Source: Candidatus Bathyarchaeia archaeon
GTDB lineage: Archaea; Thermoproteota; Bathyarchaeia; Bathyarchaeales; Bathycorpusculaceae
Assembly (NCBI GenBank): GCA_050010515.1
Contig: JBEKKX010000009.1
Coordinates: 1 to 64,000 of the forward strand
Direction of reading: 5' to 3'
DNA length: 64,000 nucleotides
The notes under the pieces: model-generated
What the model was told of the DNA's origin: nothing
Database searches by the model: none
The model's input: only the letters and a program-made list of their open reading frames with translations
Part shown: piece by piece, positions 39,968 through 50,651 of the stretch
Numbering within the stretch: the first letter of the stretch is position 1
How the letters are laid out: every line of letters starts with the position of its first letter
Made by a program: the position numbers and the translations under genes

Positions 39968-40179
39968 CGATAGGTATGCCAAAAACGGCTCAAAAAACAG
40001 GTTAAAAAAAGAGAAGTTAGACAAAACGCCTAATGTTCTCGGCTGTCTCTTTCGTATTGTCTATTACCTTGTCTAACTTGTCGTTTTGAATTTTCAATTC
40101 CTTTAGGATTGCTCTTAATAAGTCGTTGCGTTCTTCATCAAGAGCTCTATAATCTCCGCAAGTGGGGCAGAACGTAAAC

Positions 40180-40845
40180 TTAATTGCCGGATAATGCGGC
40201 TGGAGCGGATGGCGTTTCAGACTGAGCGGGCTGAGCAGATGGAGGGGATGGCTGCGTTGCGGAAGGTGAAGGTAAATTTATTTGTTTTTGGAGTGGCGGG
40301 GAGATTTTTCGGTGGTAGATTCTGGCGGCTACGCAAAGTCCCGCGGTGACTACTGCGAACCAGTACGCCCACAGGAAAGTCGCAGAAACGGCTACGCTGA
40401 TGATCACGTTTGATGTTAACGATTGGGGTACTTGAAGGTTGGCTGAACCCATTAGGGGCATATTGAGGCCGACTGCTTTTTGCGCCACAAAAGTTAGGGC
40501 GAACACTAAAACTGTGAAAACCACTACCAGCACTAGAGGTGTTTTGTATGCGAATCCTAAGAGGCGCTTGGCGTAGGATTTTAGAGGGGATGCCGCGTAG
40601 ATTAGCATGATTATGCCGCTTGCGATCAGCGAGAGAGCGCAAGCCATGGTTATGGCCCATATCAATGGCACCGTGATGGCGCTGTAGCCGGGTAAGCTGA
40701 CGTTGATGTTTAAAGGAGAAACGTTGATTTTGACAAGTCCCTTGGCGATGCTGAGTTGCCACCAGGGTACGAATAAAGAAACTGCTGCCAAAATAAGGGC
40801 GGCGATGCCACCCGCGATTCCAAGCAAGTTGATTTTGCGTTCCAT
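40180..40845 (-). CDS. Four-TM membrane protein with Pro-rich tail
   Basis: SLFVPWW, hydrophobic helices, PSP/PAQ tail. Confidence 0.7.
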   Translation of the reverse strand: MERKINLLGIAGGIAALILAAVSLFVPWWQLSIAKGLVKINVSPLNINVSLPGYSAITVPLIWAITMACALSLIASGIIMLIYAASPLKSYAKRLLGFAYKTPLVLVVVFTVLVFALTFVAQKAVGLNMPLMGSANLQVPQSLTSNVIISVAVSATFLWAYWFAVVTAGLCVAARIYHRKISPPLQKQINLPSPSATQPSPPSAQPAQSETPSAPAALSGN

Positions 40846-40864
40846 TCATATTCACCTGTTCAAT

Positions 40865-41590
40865 TTAAGGTGCAATCTCCATTGTTGCCGAGGTAGATTG
40901 AGTCATCTGTACCGTAATGCCGCTTATATTAACAGTCAGATCTGCCAAGTTGACGTTTATACTTGTGGCTGCGGGGTTTTGAGTTTGGAAGGCGCTTTCA
41001 GCGCTCGGCGCCCAAGTAAAGACGAGGTTTACGGTAACCGTCTGCGCGGCACCCATGTTGACAGAGCCGACGAATACAATGGTCCCCAACGGGGTATTGT
41101 TGTTTCCTGAATTGTTATTGTTATTGTTGTTATTGTTGTTATTGTTGTTATTGTTGTTATTGTTGTTATTTTCTGGGCTTGGTGTCGCCGCAGTTGGGGC
41201 GTTGTTGTTGTTATTATTGTTGTTATTGTTATTATTGTAGTTATTTGAGTTGTTGTTGTTATTGTTGTTATTATTATTGTTATTGTTGTTGCTGCCGGTC
41301 GTGACGGTGGCGTTCAAAGAGTACAATGTCACACTGAAATTAAACGGATTCGTGAGTTGGATGGCAAAAGTGTTTGTGGGCGAAGCGCTGGAGACTGCTA
41401 TGTTGCTTGAGATGAAGTTGTCGTTTCCTGAACCGCTATTGCTTGAACCGAACGATCCAATTATCTGTTTTATCTGTGGAGGGACAACCATCTGGACGAG
41501 GTTGTTTCGGTAAGTTATTCCGACAACTGCAAACGGCGTCAATAATGTGAGGACGCTGACTAAAACCAATATGATCCTGACCTTCTGCAT
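40865..41590 (-). CDS. Membrane-anchored LEA2/WHy-like protein with poly-Asn insertion
   Basis: N-terminal TM, LTNPFNFSVTL motif, three Asn tracts. Confidence 0.6.
   Translation of the reverse strand: MQKVRIILVLVSVLTLLTPFAVVGITYRNNLVQMVVPPQIKQIIGSFGSSNSGSGNDNFISSNIAVSSASPTNTFAIQLTNPFNFSVTLYSLNATVTTGSNNNNNNNNNNNNNNSNNYNNNNNNNNNNNNAPTAATPSPENNNNNNNNNNNNNNNNNNNNSGNNNTPLGTIVFVGSVNMGAAQTVTVNLVFTWAPSAESAFQTQNPAATSINVNLADLTVNISGITVQMTQSTSATMEIAP
41096..41291 (-). repeat. AAC/AAT trinucleotide tracts encoding poly-Asn
   Basis: Runs of about 14, 12 and 20 Asn codons; (ATTGTTGTT)x5 on the plus strand. Confidence 0.95.
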
Positions 41591-42080
41591 GTCTACATGT
41601 GCCCCGTTTGCATATGCATAAATATTATTTAAAAGGGTTATGAATTGTCCGTAAACGTTTTCTAGAAAACTTTTTTGGTCGTTTGCAGTGTCAAATTCAA
41701 CCTTTATAAACGGTTAAATTCTTTGACGCAGGGGGAATAAAGAAGATGGCAAAAAAACGGAAGGAACCCGTTCGATTTCTTCCAGAGATAATGAAGCGTA
41801 TTCATCGAATCCCGCATAAAGTTTCTCATTACCCTTGTTTCGAAGGATTCAGAAAATAGCAGCGTCAGAATAGTGATCCTTAAAATTTTTGGGCAGAAGT
41901 TTCTCAGGGCTTTTTCTTTGTAGTTTTCCTGTAAGTTTAATCTGTTGGTAAACACTTCTTTCAAAAGTTTTAATGGAGCTGCTCCAAAATGCGGCTTTGG
42001 CTTTACGGAAAACTGTAATGACGTTACGGAATTCTGTAACGGTCAACAAAGCCCGAATCAAGCTGCTTTAAGGGAATTAA

Positions 42081-42158
42081 TGGTGCGGTCGCCGAGATTT
42101 GAACCCGGGTCGTCAGCGTGGCAGGCTGATGTCCTAGACCAAACTAGACTACGACCGC
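42081..42158 (-). tRNA. tRNA-Gly(GCC), CCA encoded, no intron
   Basis: GCGGTCG acceptor stem, anticodon arm TCAGC-CTGCCAC-GCTGA, GGTTCAAATC T-loop, ACCA end. Confidence 0.97.
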
Positions 42159-42252
42159 TCATACATGAAATCTTCTGGTCTAGCGACCAGTGGCGATAAG
42201 TTCATGTTCACGTCTTTATTTAGCTTTTCTGTAATAGCTGCCACGTTTCGCT

Positions 42253-42600
42253 TTATCCTCTAAATCTCAAGCGTCCAAGAGCCTCAGGCAAAACAGCAGA
42301 CTCAAACAATAAAGAATTAGCCTTCAACATAGTGTTCAAGGCGCCGAGCTGAGCCAACTCATTTTCAAACGTAAGCAGCCGGATGCTCGCTTGGCGATAA
42401 ATCTGCTCATAGCGATTAATTACTTTCAGCAAAACCTCACTGGGCTTAACATCGCTCTGCAGAATAGGCTGCCAAGTTGCGCGAGCTTCAAAATCATTGT
42501 ATATAGTGCGTTTAGAGCATGTATTTTTCTGGCTTAATTCCTTCACAATCTCCGCTTGAGAGAAGCCTAATCCTTCAAGCTTATCGTTAACAACCAGAAT
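42253..42600 (-). pseudogene. Truncated HTH protein, likely a mobile-element remnant
   Basis: KLEGLGFSQAEIVKELSQKNTCSKRTIYNDF HTH; no convincing start. Confidence 0.5.
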
Positions 42601-43405
42601 GCCGCAAATCTTAACCAAACCTTGACAGATCAGAAAATTGATGATTTGGAAATAGTTCTTACAGCTGTTGCGGAAATTAATCAAGAATTAATAAATGGCA
42701 ACGAATTGCCCGCAGGTCAAATTATGACAACATGTGCCATCGACTATGGTAACTTTACATATAACCGAAGAAGGCAGGGTCTTTACACAGCAAAAAGCTT
42801 CTTCTATGGACAGCCATACCTCTGGGCTTATCTTGGAAATGAAGACCTCAGTAGCACTCCAGGTTACTTGAGAATTATTGCAAAAGACTTTATGATTCCT
42901 CTAAGGCTGGCGAATCAAGCCCCATTTAAATTACTGCATAAAAACTGAGATCACTACGATTACTATTGGATGCTTAGCGACTTGACAAACTTGAATCGCT
43001 TCAAGGAGAAATATGATAATCTTTCCCAAGACGTTTATAGACAAATGGCTCTGCTTCTGCGCGATGCACGCAATTTACATTTGAACCAAATAATTTGAGA
43101 AATGATAAAAAAGAGAATTAGTTGTGGGCGACATCGCCACTTTGACCCAAAATACCTCACCTCAGCTCTTTTTGGTTATTTCGACCAAATTGCTAATTCA
43201 TTTTTTCACTGCACATAGGGGGCACTCTAAAGGTGATTTGCCTTGATTATACATTAGCTCAATCCAACATGTAAAGCAGAAGGGCCGAGAAGAGCTAAAT
43301 ACGTACAAATTATGAAGCTAAAATATTAATCATAACTGTTCATTGAGCTTAAATTCATAAGTTCTTTATAAAACGTTAACAAACCTTGAATTTGGGCAGG
43401 ATACA

Positions 43406-44014
43406 ATGTCAAAAATGAATGATTCCAAAACAATGGCTAGCTACATAAGTTGCTTGAGCATGCTAGAATATAACACGGCTCTTTTGTACAGAAGTCTTTC
43501 TGAGAAAACTGAAAATCCTCTCGCAAAATCTCTCTTCTTAAGCATAACTCAAGATAGTTCAAAACACTCAACACTCCTCAAAGGCATAGGTGACAGCATA
43601 GCAATGTCAAAGGTAAAAACCAAAGACTGCGCAAAGAACCTTGGACAAATATGGTTAACTGTAGACAATTATCTTAATGAGGTAAAAACAAAAAAAGAGG
43701 ACGAACTATTCATAGCAGATTTATATGAAAAACTCATAGCTTTGGAAAGCGACCTTGGTGAAGAATACTACATTCTTGTGCAAATGCAAACCCTGCAACA
43801 CCTAACCAAAGAAATTAATGAACGCTACAACATAAATTTGGATAATGTAAAAAGTATTTTTGAAAGCATAATAAGCGACGAAAATCATCACATAGAACTT
43901 CTAGGTACATTAAAAGAGCTTGCTAAACCAATAGAAAAAGACCTTGATAATACTCCGATAGTACGGTACCAATCTCCCGATAACTGGCGTAATTATCCGC
44001 CCAACATTCCATGA
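43406..44014 (+). CDS. Ferritin/rubrerythrin-like protein
   Basis: LEYNTALLY...DSSKH and IISDENHH helices. Confidence 0.7.
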   Translation: MSKMNDSKTMASYISCLSMLEYNTALLYRSLSEKTENPLAKSLFLSITQDSSKHSTLLKGIGDSIAMSKVKTKDCAKNLGQIWLTVDNYLNEVKTKKEDELFIADLYEKLIALESDLGEEYYILVQMQTLQHLTKEINERYNINLDNVKSIFESIISDENHHIELLGTLKELAKPIEKDLDNTPIVRYQSPDNWRNYPPNIP

Positions 44015-44278
44015 ACTTAATCTGTTAATCTCCCTTAAACGCGGCTTTCCCAGAAGGCATTGTTCCGCACACCAGTCAAACAAACGTCTCCAGCATGATT
44101 TGCTATCCGAGAACCAAGAATAAGTACTTACAGGATGTAAGTTTGGTTTGCTGCGCATATGGTAATTCAACAGCCTCAGCAAATTAAACTGGCATTTTCG
44201 CGCTTTCTTGCTGTATTTGCTTAATGTCAATCAGAAGCTTTTTATTTTTAATCTTAAAGAACTAGTTATGAACAAGTT

Positions 44279-45283
44279 ATGTCAGACATTATTAAAGTAG
44301 AGAATCTTGTTGAAGTTTATTCTGACGGCACAAAAGCCGTTGATGACATTTCCTTCAGCGTGCAGGAAGGAGAATTCTTCGGTTTTCTAGGACCAAACGG
44401 CGCAGGAAAAAGCACAACAATCAAGATTTTAACAACACTCCTCAGAAAAACATCTGGCACCGTTACTGTTGCAGGTTACGACCTTGAGAAGCAAGCAGCC
44501 GATATCCGCAAGATCATCGGGGTTCAAAGCCAAGAAACAACCGTCGACGGCGACCTGACAGGCAGGGAAAATATAGCGCTTCAAGGACATTTCCACCAGA
44601 TGAACGGAGATGAAATCAAAAAACGAGTTAACGAACTCTTGAATCTTGTGGGACTTGAAGAAGCCGCCGACAGACGCGGCAGAAACTACTCCGGCGGCAT
44701 GAAAAAACGCCTTGACCTCGCCACCGCCCTTGTCCACAAACCCAAAATCCTGTTTCTAGACGAACCAACAACTGGTTTGGACCCTCAATCGCGGGCAGCC
44801 ATTTGGACTTATCTGGAAAAACTAAACAAAGAAGAGGGCATAACAATTTTCTTAACAACCCAGTACCTAGAAGAAGCCGACAAACTATGCAAACGACTTT
44901 CAATAATCGATTCTGGAAAAATAGTTGCAAGCGGCTCACCCATTGAGCTAAAACGTGAAATTGGAGCAGACTCCATTAGAATCTCACTAGAGAGCTGCCA
45001 AAAAGACAGCCCTAATGCAAAAGACCTCATCAAAACCATGACAGGCGTCACCGAAATAATAGATTCAGAAGAATGCCTCACAGTTTACGCCAAAAACGCC
45101 GGTCTCCTAATAGCAGATATCGTGAGAGCATTAGACAGTAGCGACATTCGGATTGCGTCAGTAACGTTTTCCTCGCCTTCGCTGGATGACGTCTTCATGA
45201 AGCACACGGGCAGAAGAATAAGAGCCGAAGACTTCGTCAAGGCGCCAAGCACCATGGGTGGAAGGTTTGGTGGAAGGAGATAA
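44279..45283 (+). CDS. ABC exporter ATP-binding subunit (DrrA-like)
   Basis: GPNGAGKST, YSGGM, LFLDEPT, TTQYLEEA. Confidence 0.93.
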   Translation: MSDIIKVENLVEVYSDGTKAVDDISFSVQEGEFFGFLGPNGAGKSTTIKILTTLLRKTSGTVTVAGYDLEKQAADIRKIIGVQSQETTVDGDLTGRENIALQGHFHQMNGDEIKKRVNELLNLVGLEEAADRRGRNYSGGMKKRLDLATALVHKPKILFLDEPTTGLDPQSRAAIWTYLEKLNKEEGITIFLTTQYLEEADKLCKRLSIIDSGKIVASGSPIELKREIGADSIRISLESCQKDSPNAKDLIKTMTGVTEIIDSEECLTVYAKNAGLLIADIVRALDSSDIRIASVTFSSPSLDDVFMKHTGRRIRAEDFVKAPSTMGGRFGGRR

Positions 45284-45289
45284 ACAAAA

Positions 45290-46063
45290 ATGACCCTGCT
45301 TTCTGATACCCGCTACATATTTATAAGGTACCTCCAAAAACTTGTTCGAACCCCTATCCTGCTTTTCTTTTCCCTCTTTCAACCCATTTTATTCCTCGTA
45401 CTATTCACACAGTTGCTATCGAGGCTTTCCAATTTTCCAGGAATACTACCCACCGGAGTAAGTTATCTAGAGTTTGCAGCCGCGGGAATTGTGATGCAAA
45501 ACGCGTTTGGAAGCGCACTGCAGTCAGGAAACTCAATAGTGGCTGACATTGACTCGGGGTTTTTGCAGAAAATGCTCGTGACACCCTTGAGTCGTCCTGC
45601 GATTCTGCTGGGCAGGTTAAGCAGTGATGCTTTTAGGGTGGTTATCCAGACAGCTATAATTCTTGTGTTAGCATACGCTTTAGGTGCCCACGTCACCACC
45701 GGAGTCATCGGAATTTTGCTTATTTTCTTCACGCTTGCGTTCTTTGGGCTTGCGTGGTCAGGAATTTCTTTAGCGATAGGCATGAAGACGAGAAGTTCCG
45801 AGACGGTTTTCGCGATAGGCGGAGTCATCACCTTCCCGCTGCTGTTCTTGAGTCCGGCGTTGTTCCCGATTAGTTTCCTGCCCACATGGGTGAAAGATGT
45901 GTCAATGTTTAACCCTGTAAGCTACTGCGTTACCGCCACCCGAGCGCTGATGATCAACGGTTATATTTGGAGCACGATACTGCCTGCTTGGGGCGTAATC
46001 GGACTAGTTGCTCTCGTTACCATGAGCGCTACACTGTACCAATTCAGAAAAGTCGTCAGCTAA
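45290..46063 (+). CDS. ABC-2 permease
   Basis: Six TM, LPTWV...FNPVSY. Confidence 0.9.
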   Translation: MTLLSDTRYIFIRYLQKLVRTPILLFFSLFQPILFLVLFTQLLSRLSNFPGILPTGVSYLEFAAAGIVMQNAFGSALQSGNSIVADIDSGFLQKMLVTPLSRPAILLGRLSSDAFRVVIQTAIILVLAYALGAHVTTGVIGILLIFFTLAFFGLAWSGISLAIGMKTRSSETVFAIGGVITFPLLFLSPALFPISFLPTWVKDVSMFNPVSYCVTATRALMINGYIWSTILPAWGVIGLVALVTMSATLYQFRKVVS

Positions 46064-46189
46064 AACTTAAAGCCGCCTAAGGGGAAACGTGCGCATCCAC
46101 ATCAGCTGGCATGGCTAACCCTTTAAAGCCGTATCTGGAACTTAACGATCCTTTCTAAAAATTTAGGAAACATTTAGCTGTCCTTTTCG

Positions 46190-46531
46190 TTACCACCCAT
46201 GTTTGATTATTGATGGGGTAGTTGGGTGCTTGTTTTTCTTAGCTTTCTTTTGGTTCTTGAACCTGTTGATTTTGACCACGTTATTTTCTACAGTAACCCA
46301 ATGCGTGCTGTTTAGATTCTTGCGATAAACAAACTTGTTTACCCTTCTTGCCAATGCGTAAGTCGAAATATCTTCCATATTTAGTTCCAAGCCTTCGGGA
46401 GTTATTGATGAATTTAATCTTAATTGGCTACGCAAGAAATTCGCGAGGTTCTCTTTCTCGCCGTCCAAATCCCCCATGTCAACTTTTACAACGCTCGGCA
46501 AGTCTTTCACTCTATTTGTATAATATGGCAT
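46190..46531 (-). CDS. Basic protein, possible ribosomal eL22-like
   Basis: VKVD...LANFL...LARRVNKFVYRKNL...V pattern recalls eL22. Confidence 0.45.
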   Translation of the reverse strand: MPYYTNRVKDLPSVVKVDMGDLDGEKENLANFLRSQLRLNSSITPEGLELNMEDISTYALARRVNKFVYRKNLNSTHWVTVENNVVKINRFKNQKKAKKNKHPTTPSIIKHGW

Positions 46532-46943
46532 TATTCTATCTATTAAAAGCTACTCAGATGCGATTCAGGACTAACTTCTTGGAGAGTAGTTAAACCAAGA
46601 ATGATTGCTGCTAACGCGCTGTATACAGTGGTGATGTGGAGCGGGAGCGGGATGTGTCATTGCTATTTATCATGAATGCACTACTAATTGGACTGTAACG
46701 CCAGCGTGGACAAATTCTCCATAATCATTTCTAAGTTTCTTTCTATTCTGCAAAGTACATTAAACGGTTAGTGGTAGCATTAGAGCATAGACCTTAAGCA
46801 AGAAAAAACTATTAAGTTAGCTATCATAGTAAAGACGTTGACCTTTAAATGATTGGGTTAAGAATAAATTACAATATTTCAAATATTGTCATTCTTAAAT
46901 TCCTAATCATTATTAGGCTATGAAGAGTTAAGCTGGGAATAAT

Positions 46944-48032
46944 TTGGATTTAGAAAAAAAGATTGAGCTTATCTGCAGACCGCCAACAGAAGAAGTAATA
47001 ACGCCGGAAGATTTGCGCACCCTTTTGGAAACAGAAGAGCACCCTATAGCCTATAACGGTTGGGAGCCCTCTGGTCTGGCGCATTTGGGAACAGGCGTTA
47101 TTTGCGCTTACAAAATGAAAGACTTCGCAGAAGCAGGTGTGCACTTTAAAGCGTATTTGTCAACGTGGCACGCATGGTTAAACAACAAGTTAGGTGGCGA
47201 TTTAACTCTTATCCGTAAAGCCGCTGACCTTTTTAGGCATTCATGGCTTGCCCTCGGTGTGCCCGGAGACAAAGTCGAGTTCATTTATTCTGATGAGCTC
47301 TACAGAGACATTGATTATTGGGCTAAAACAGTCATAATCGCAAAAAATTTAACCATTGCCAGAACAACCAGAACCTTAGAGATTGCGGGAAGAAAAGAAA
47401 CTGAAGCCCACTACGTTTCAGACTACCTATATACCCCCATGCAAGTTGCGGACATTTTTCACATGAAAGTAAAAATTTGCCAGTTAGGCATGGACCAGCG
47501 AAAAGCAAACGTGGTTGCTCGAGAAATAGGAGAAAAAATCGGCTGCTGGAAACCCGTCTGCGTTCACCACCATTTACTGCAAGGTTTAGAGAAGCCTAAA
47601 ATTTGGCCGATTCTAGAGGGACAGGGAAAAGAAGCCGTAGCTTCAGCCAAGATGTCTAAGAGCAAGCCTCAAACATGCATATTCATCTACGACAGCCCAG
47701 ACGAGATAAAGCAGAAAATGGCGAAAGCTTTCTGCCCAGAAAAAACCGTCAAATTCAACCCAATAATGGATATCTGCAAATACATAATTTTCCGAGAAAA
47801 ACCAGTCTTCGCAATCGAGCGCCCAGCAAAATTCGGAGGAACCATACATTTCCAAAGTTTCCAAGAGCTTGAATCGACCTATGCAGAGGGCAAACTGCAT
47901 CCTCAAGACCTAAAAAACGGCGTTGCAACTGAACTTGCAGACATACTGGAGCCTGTTAGACGCTACTTTGCAAATAACAATGAAGCTAAAGGCTGTTTGG
48001 AAACTGTGCGGCAAGCTAATATAACAAGGTAA
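46944..48032 (+). CDS. tyrS: Tyrosine--tRNA ligase
   Basis: YNGWEPSGLAHLG, YTPMQVAD, GMDQRK, KMSKS, LHPQDLK. Confidence 0.95.
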   Translation: MDLEKKIELICRPPTEEVITPEDLRTLLETEEHPIAYNGWEPSGLAHLGTGVICAYKMKDFAEAGVHFKAYLSTWHAWLNNKLGGDLTLIRKAADLFRHSWLALGVPGDKVEFIYSDELYRDIDYWAKTVIIAKNLTIARTTRTLEIAGRKETEAHYVSDYLYTPMQVADIFHMKVKICQLGMDQRKANVVAREIGEKIGCWKPVCVHHHLLQGLEKPKIWPILEGQGKEAVASAKMSKSKPQTCIFIYDSPDEIKQKMAKAFCPEKTVKFNPIMDICKYIIFREKPVFAIERPAKFGGTIHFQSFQELESTYAEGKLHPQDLKNGVATELADILEPVRRYFANNNEAKGCLETVRQANITR

Positions 48033-48037
48033 AATGT

Positions 48038-48448
48038 TTGTCAACACATCTTAAAGAGAAAGAGGAGAAAATTCAGCGCGTCATAACCAAATTAACAGAA
48101 GAATCGGCAAAGGAAAAGCTGATAGTTGTTGAGGGCAAAAAAGATGCCCAAGCCCTTAGAATGTTAGGCGTTAACGGCACAATCTTGACAGTGAAAACTG
48201 GAGGTAAATCCTATCTTGAAGCAACAGCAGAAATAGAAAAGCTTGGTGCCCGCGAAGTTATTCTTCTCTTAGATTTTGACAGACGAGGCAGAGAAGGCAC
48301 CAAATGCGTACGAGAGACTTTGGAACGGGCAAAAATTAAAGTAAATATTAAGTTTTGGCATGAGCTGCAGGCGCTGGTTGGTCGAGAAATCCAATGTATT
48401 GAAAGCTTGACAGCCTATTTGAACACCCTTCAAGAAAAAGTCATGTAA
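48038..48448 (+). CDS. Small TOPRIM-domain protein
   Basis: VVEGKKD, LLDFDRRG. Confidence 0.88.
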   Translation: MSTHLKEKEEKIQRVITKLTEESAKEKLIVVEGKKDAQALRMLGVNGTILTVKTGGKSYLEATAEIEKLGAREVILLLDFDRRGREGTKCVRETLERAKIKVNIKFWHELQALVGREIQCIESLTAYLNTLQEKVM

Positions 48449-48825
48449 TTAGGCCGCCAAGATTACTTGTAGAGTTGGTTCTTGTAACTTACAGGTTTTC
48501 TACAGTTATCAATGAGGGAGGGGACTACTTTTTTGACCTAGTTTAACTAGCAAAAAAGTAGGTAGTAGATAGACGCACTATTGCTATGAGAATTACTCCT
48601 AAAGTGTAGTTAGGGGTATCTTTTGCTTAGTAATTTAAGTGTCAAAAAAGAGGGTTCCTTTGACTATTGGCTTCTCAAAGAATCTTTTGTGACCTTTTAT
48701 GCCGCAGAATTGTTTTTATAAACCGCTAATCTCCTGTACTGTGGCGAAGTTTTATGGCTATGAACCCTGTTAATAGAAGCAATAAAATCAAGACGACGAG
48801 CGATTCGCAGTTTTGAAGGGATTAG

Positions 48826-49569
48826 ATGGACATCAAAGGTAAAGTTGCCATTGTAACTGGAGCATCCTCAGGTATCGGACTAGCAACAGCGAAACTTCTT
48901 TCAAGCAAAGGCGCCAAGCTGGCTTTAGTCGCCCGCTCAAAAGACAAACTAGATAAACTTGCGGAGGAACTGCCCGAAGCGATTGCCATTACTGCAGATA
49001 TTTCTGAGGTTGAAGATGTTAAGAACATTGTTAAGCAGGCATATGAGCACTTTGGAAGGATAGATATTCTCGTTAATAATGCTGGTCGAGGATACGATGT
49101 GCCAGTCGAGAAGACGGACTTTGAAATTTTCCATTACCTTTTTGATTTAGATGTTGTCGGTCCAGTGGCTGCCATGAAAGAAGTCATTCCGCTTATGCGA
49201 CGGCAAGGTGGAGGAACAATCGTTAACGTAAGTTCAGGAACAGCGTTGATGTACTTGCCTGATAACGGTCCATATTCAGGATTAAAACGGGCATTAGCTC
49301 ACATCAGCTTAACTGCAAGAATAGAGCTTGCAAAAGACAAAATAGTTGTCAGCGTTGTTTACCCCTACATTACGCTTACCGACTTTGAAAAAAACACAAT
49401 CAAAGATGCCTCACTGCAAAGGCAAGAAGAAGAATCGCCAGAAGCGCGGGAAGCGTTCAAAAGAGCTGACCAGCCTGAGTACACAGCGCAACGAATAGTT
49501 GAGGGCATCGAAAGCGGGGCAGCTGAAATTTTCGGGCACGATTGGATGAAGAGTCCTCAAACAGCATGA
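48826..49569 (+). CDS. SDR family oxidoreductase
   Basis: TGASSGIG, NNAG, YSGLK. Confidence 0.92.
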   Translation: MDIKGKVAIVTGASSGIGLATAKLLSSKGAKLALVARSKDKLDKLAEELPEAIAITADISEVEDVKNIVKQAYEHFGRIDILVNNAGRGYDVPVEKTDFEIFHYLFDLDVVGPVAAMKEVIPLMRRQGGGTIVNVSSGTALMYLPDNGPYSGLKRALAHISLTARIELAKDKIVVSVVYPYITLTDFEKNTIKDASLQRQEEESPEAREAFKRADQPEYTAQRIVEGIESGAAEIFGHDWMKSPQTA

Positions 49570-49633
49570 AGCCAGCGCTAACAATATCTGGAAGGCTTAA
49601 AAAATCTAAAAGCTACATATTGTAGCGCTGACG

Positions 49634-50572
49634 TTAGACCAGGGTGAAGTGAAGCTCTCCGAGCTTCGAGATGACAGTACGCACGCGATCGCCAGCTTTG
49701 AGCCAAACGCGTCTATCCTCGGGCATTCCGAGAATTACACCGCTAGGGGTCCCCGTGAAGATGATGTCACCCGGCAGCAACGTCATGAACGAGGACGCAT
49801 ACGCAATGAGACGCGCGCAGGAAAAGATCATCCGAGACGTATTCATGTCTTGGCGCGGCGCCTTCTCATCGTTCACGAACGTTTGAACTTGCAATGTTTG
49901 CGGGTCAGGGATTTGGTCGGCGGATACTAACCATGGACCAAGTGGTGCGAACTGATCTGGAGTCTTGCCCGTCATCCACTGCGAGACGCGCATTTGCAGA
50001 TCCCTTGCCGAGAAGTCATTGCCAGCCGCGTAGCCGTAGACATAGGTAAGCGCGTCAGATTCGGGCACGTTTCGTGCGGTCTTCCCCATAATAATAACAA
50101 GCTCTGACTCGTAATCGAACTGCACCGCCGGCAATCCCGAGACGTTTACGGTTCCTTTGTGCCGGTTGAGTGAATTATTGTACTTATTGAAAAGGTCGGG
50201 GAAATCGGGAACTTGTGAACCAGACTCTGCGATATGCTCGCGGTAGTTAAGGCCGACGCAAATAATTTTCGAGGGATTTGAGATGACCGGCCCATACTCC
50301 ACTGACGACTCGCTGTGGATCGTTTCAGGAGGCGCGCTCCGCGCGAGTTCCTGGAGGATGTCGACGTTGCCCTTTCCGGCGATAACCTCTTCAACCGTAA
50401 GGGGGAATTGGGCAATGCCGAGTGCATTCGACGCGGCCGCGACATCGATGATGCCACCCGATGTGCGAATGCCGACGTGATCGACATTTCGGTTTCTCAG
50501 CGTTGTTAACGTGATACCGCGGTTATTCAAAGGTTGGCTATTCATCGCGTTCACCTTATCCAAAAAAATCAA
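49634..50572 (-). CDS. Fumarylacetoacetate hydrolase family protein
   Basis: KIICVGLNYREH, DYESEL, NDFSARDLQ, PGDIIFTGTP; visibly GC-richer than its neighbours. Confidence 0.92.
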   Translation of the reverse strand: MIFLDKVNAMNSQPLNNRGITLTTLRNRNVDHVGIRTSGGIIDVAAASNALGIAQFPLTVEEVIAGKGNVDILQELARSAPPETIHSESSVEYGPVISNPSKIICVGLNYREHIAESGSQVPDFPDLFNKYNNSLNRHKGTVNVSGLPAVQFDYESELVIIMGKTARNVPESDALTYVYGYAAGNDFSARDLQMRVSQWMTGKTPDQFAPLGPWLVSADQIPDPQTLQVQTFVNDEKAPRQDMNTSRMIFSCARLIAYASSFMTLLPGDIIFTGTPSGVILGMPEDRRVWLKAGDRVRTVISKLGELHFTLV

Positions 50573-50651
50573 CCTAAATAATTTTACTCTGAATCCTTTG
50601 TATAAAAGCTTATGGCTGTAGCAATGTAGCTACAGTCAAAGGTGCACGCAT

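Noticed and set aside
41055-41513. Poly-Leu ORFs on the plus strand
   Set aside because: Antisense reading of the poly-Asn codons
41704-42061. Integrase next to tRNA-Gly
   Set aside because: Short ORFs show no tyrosine-recombinase R-H-R-Y motifs; at most unidentifiable decayed sequence
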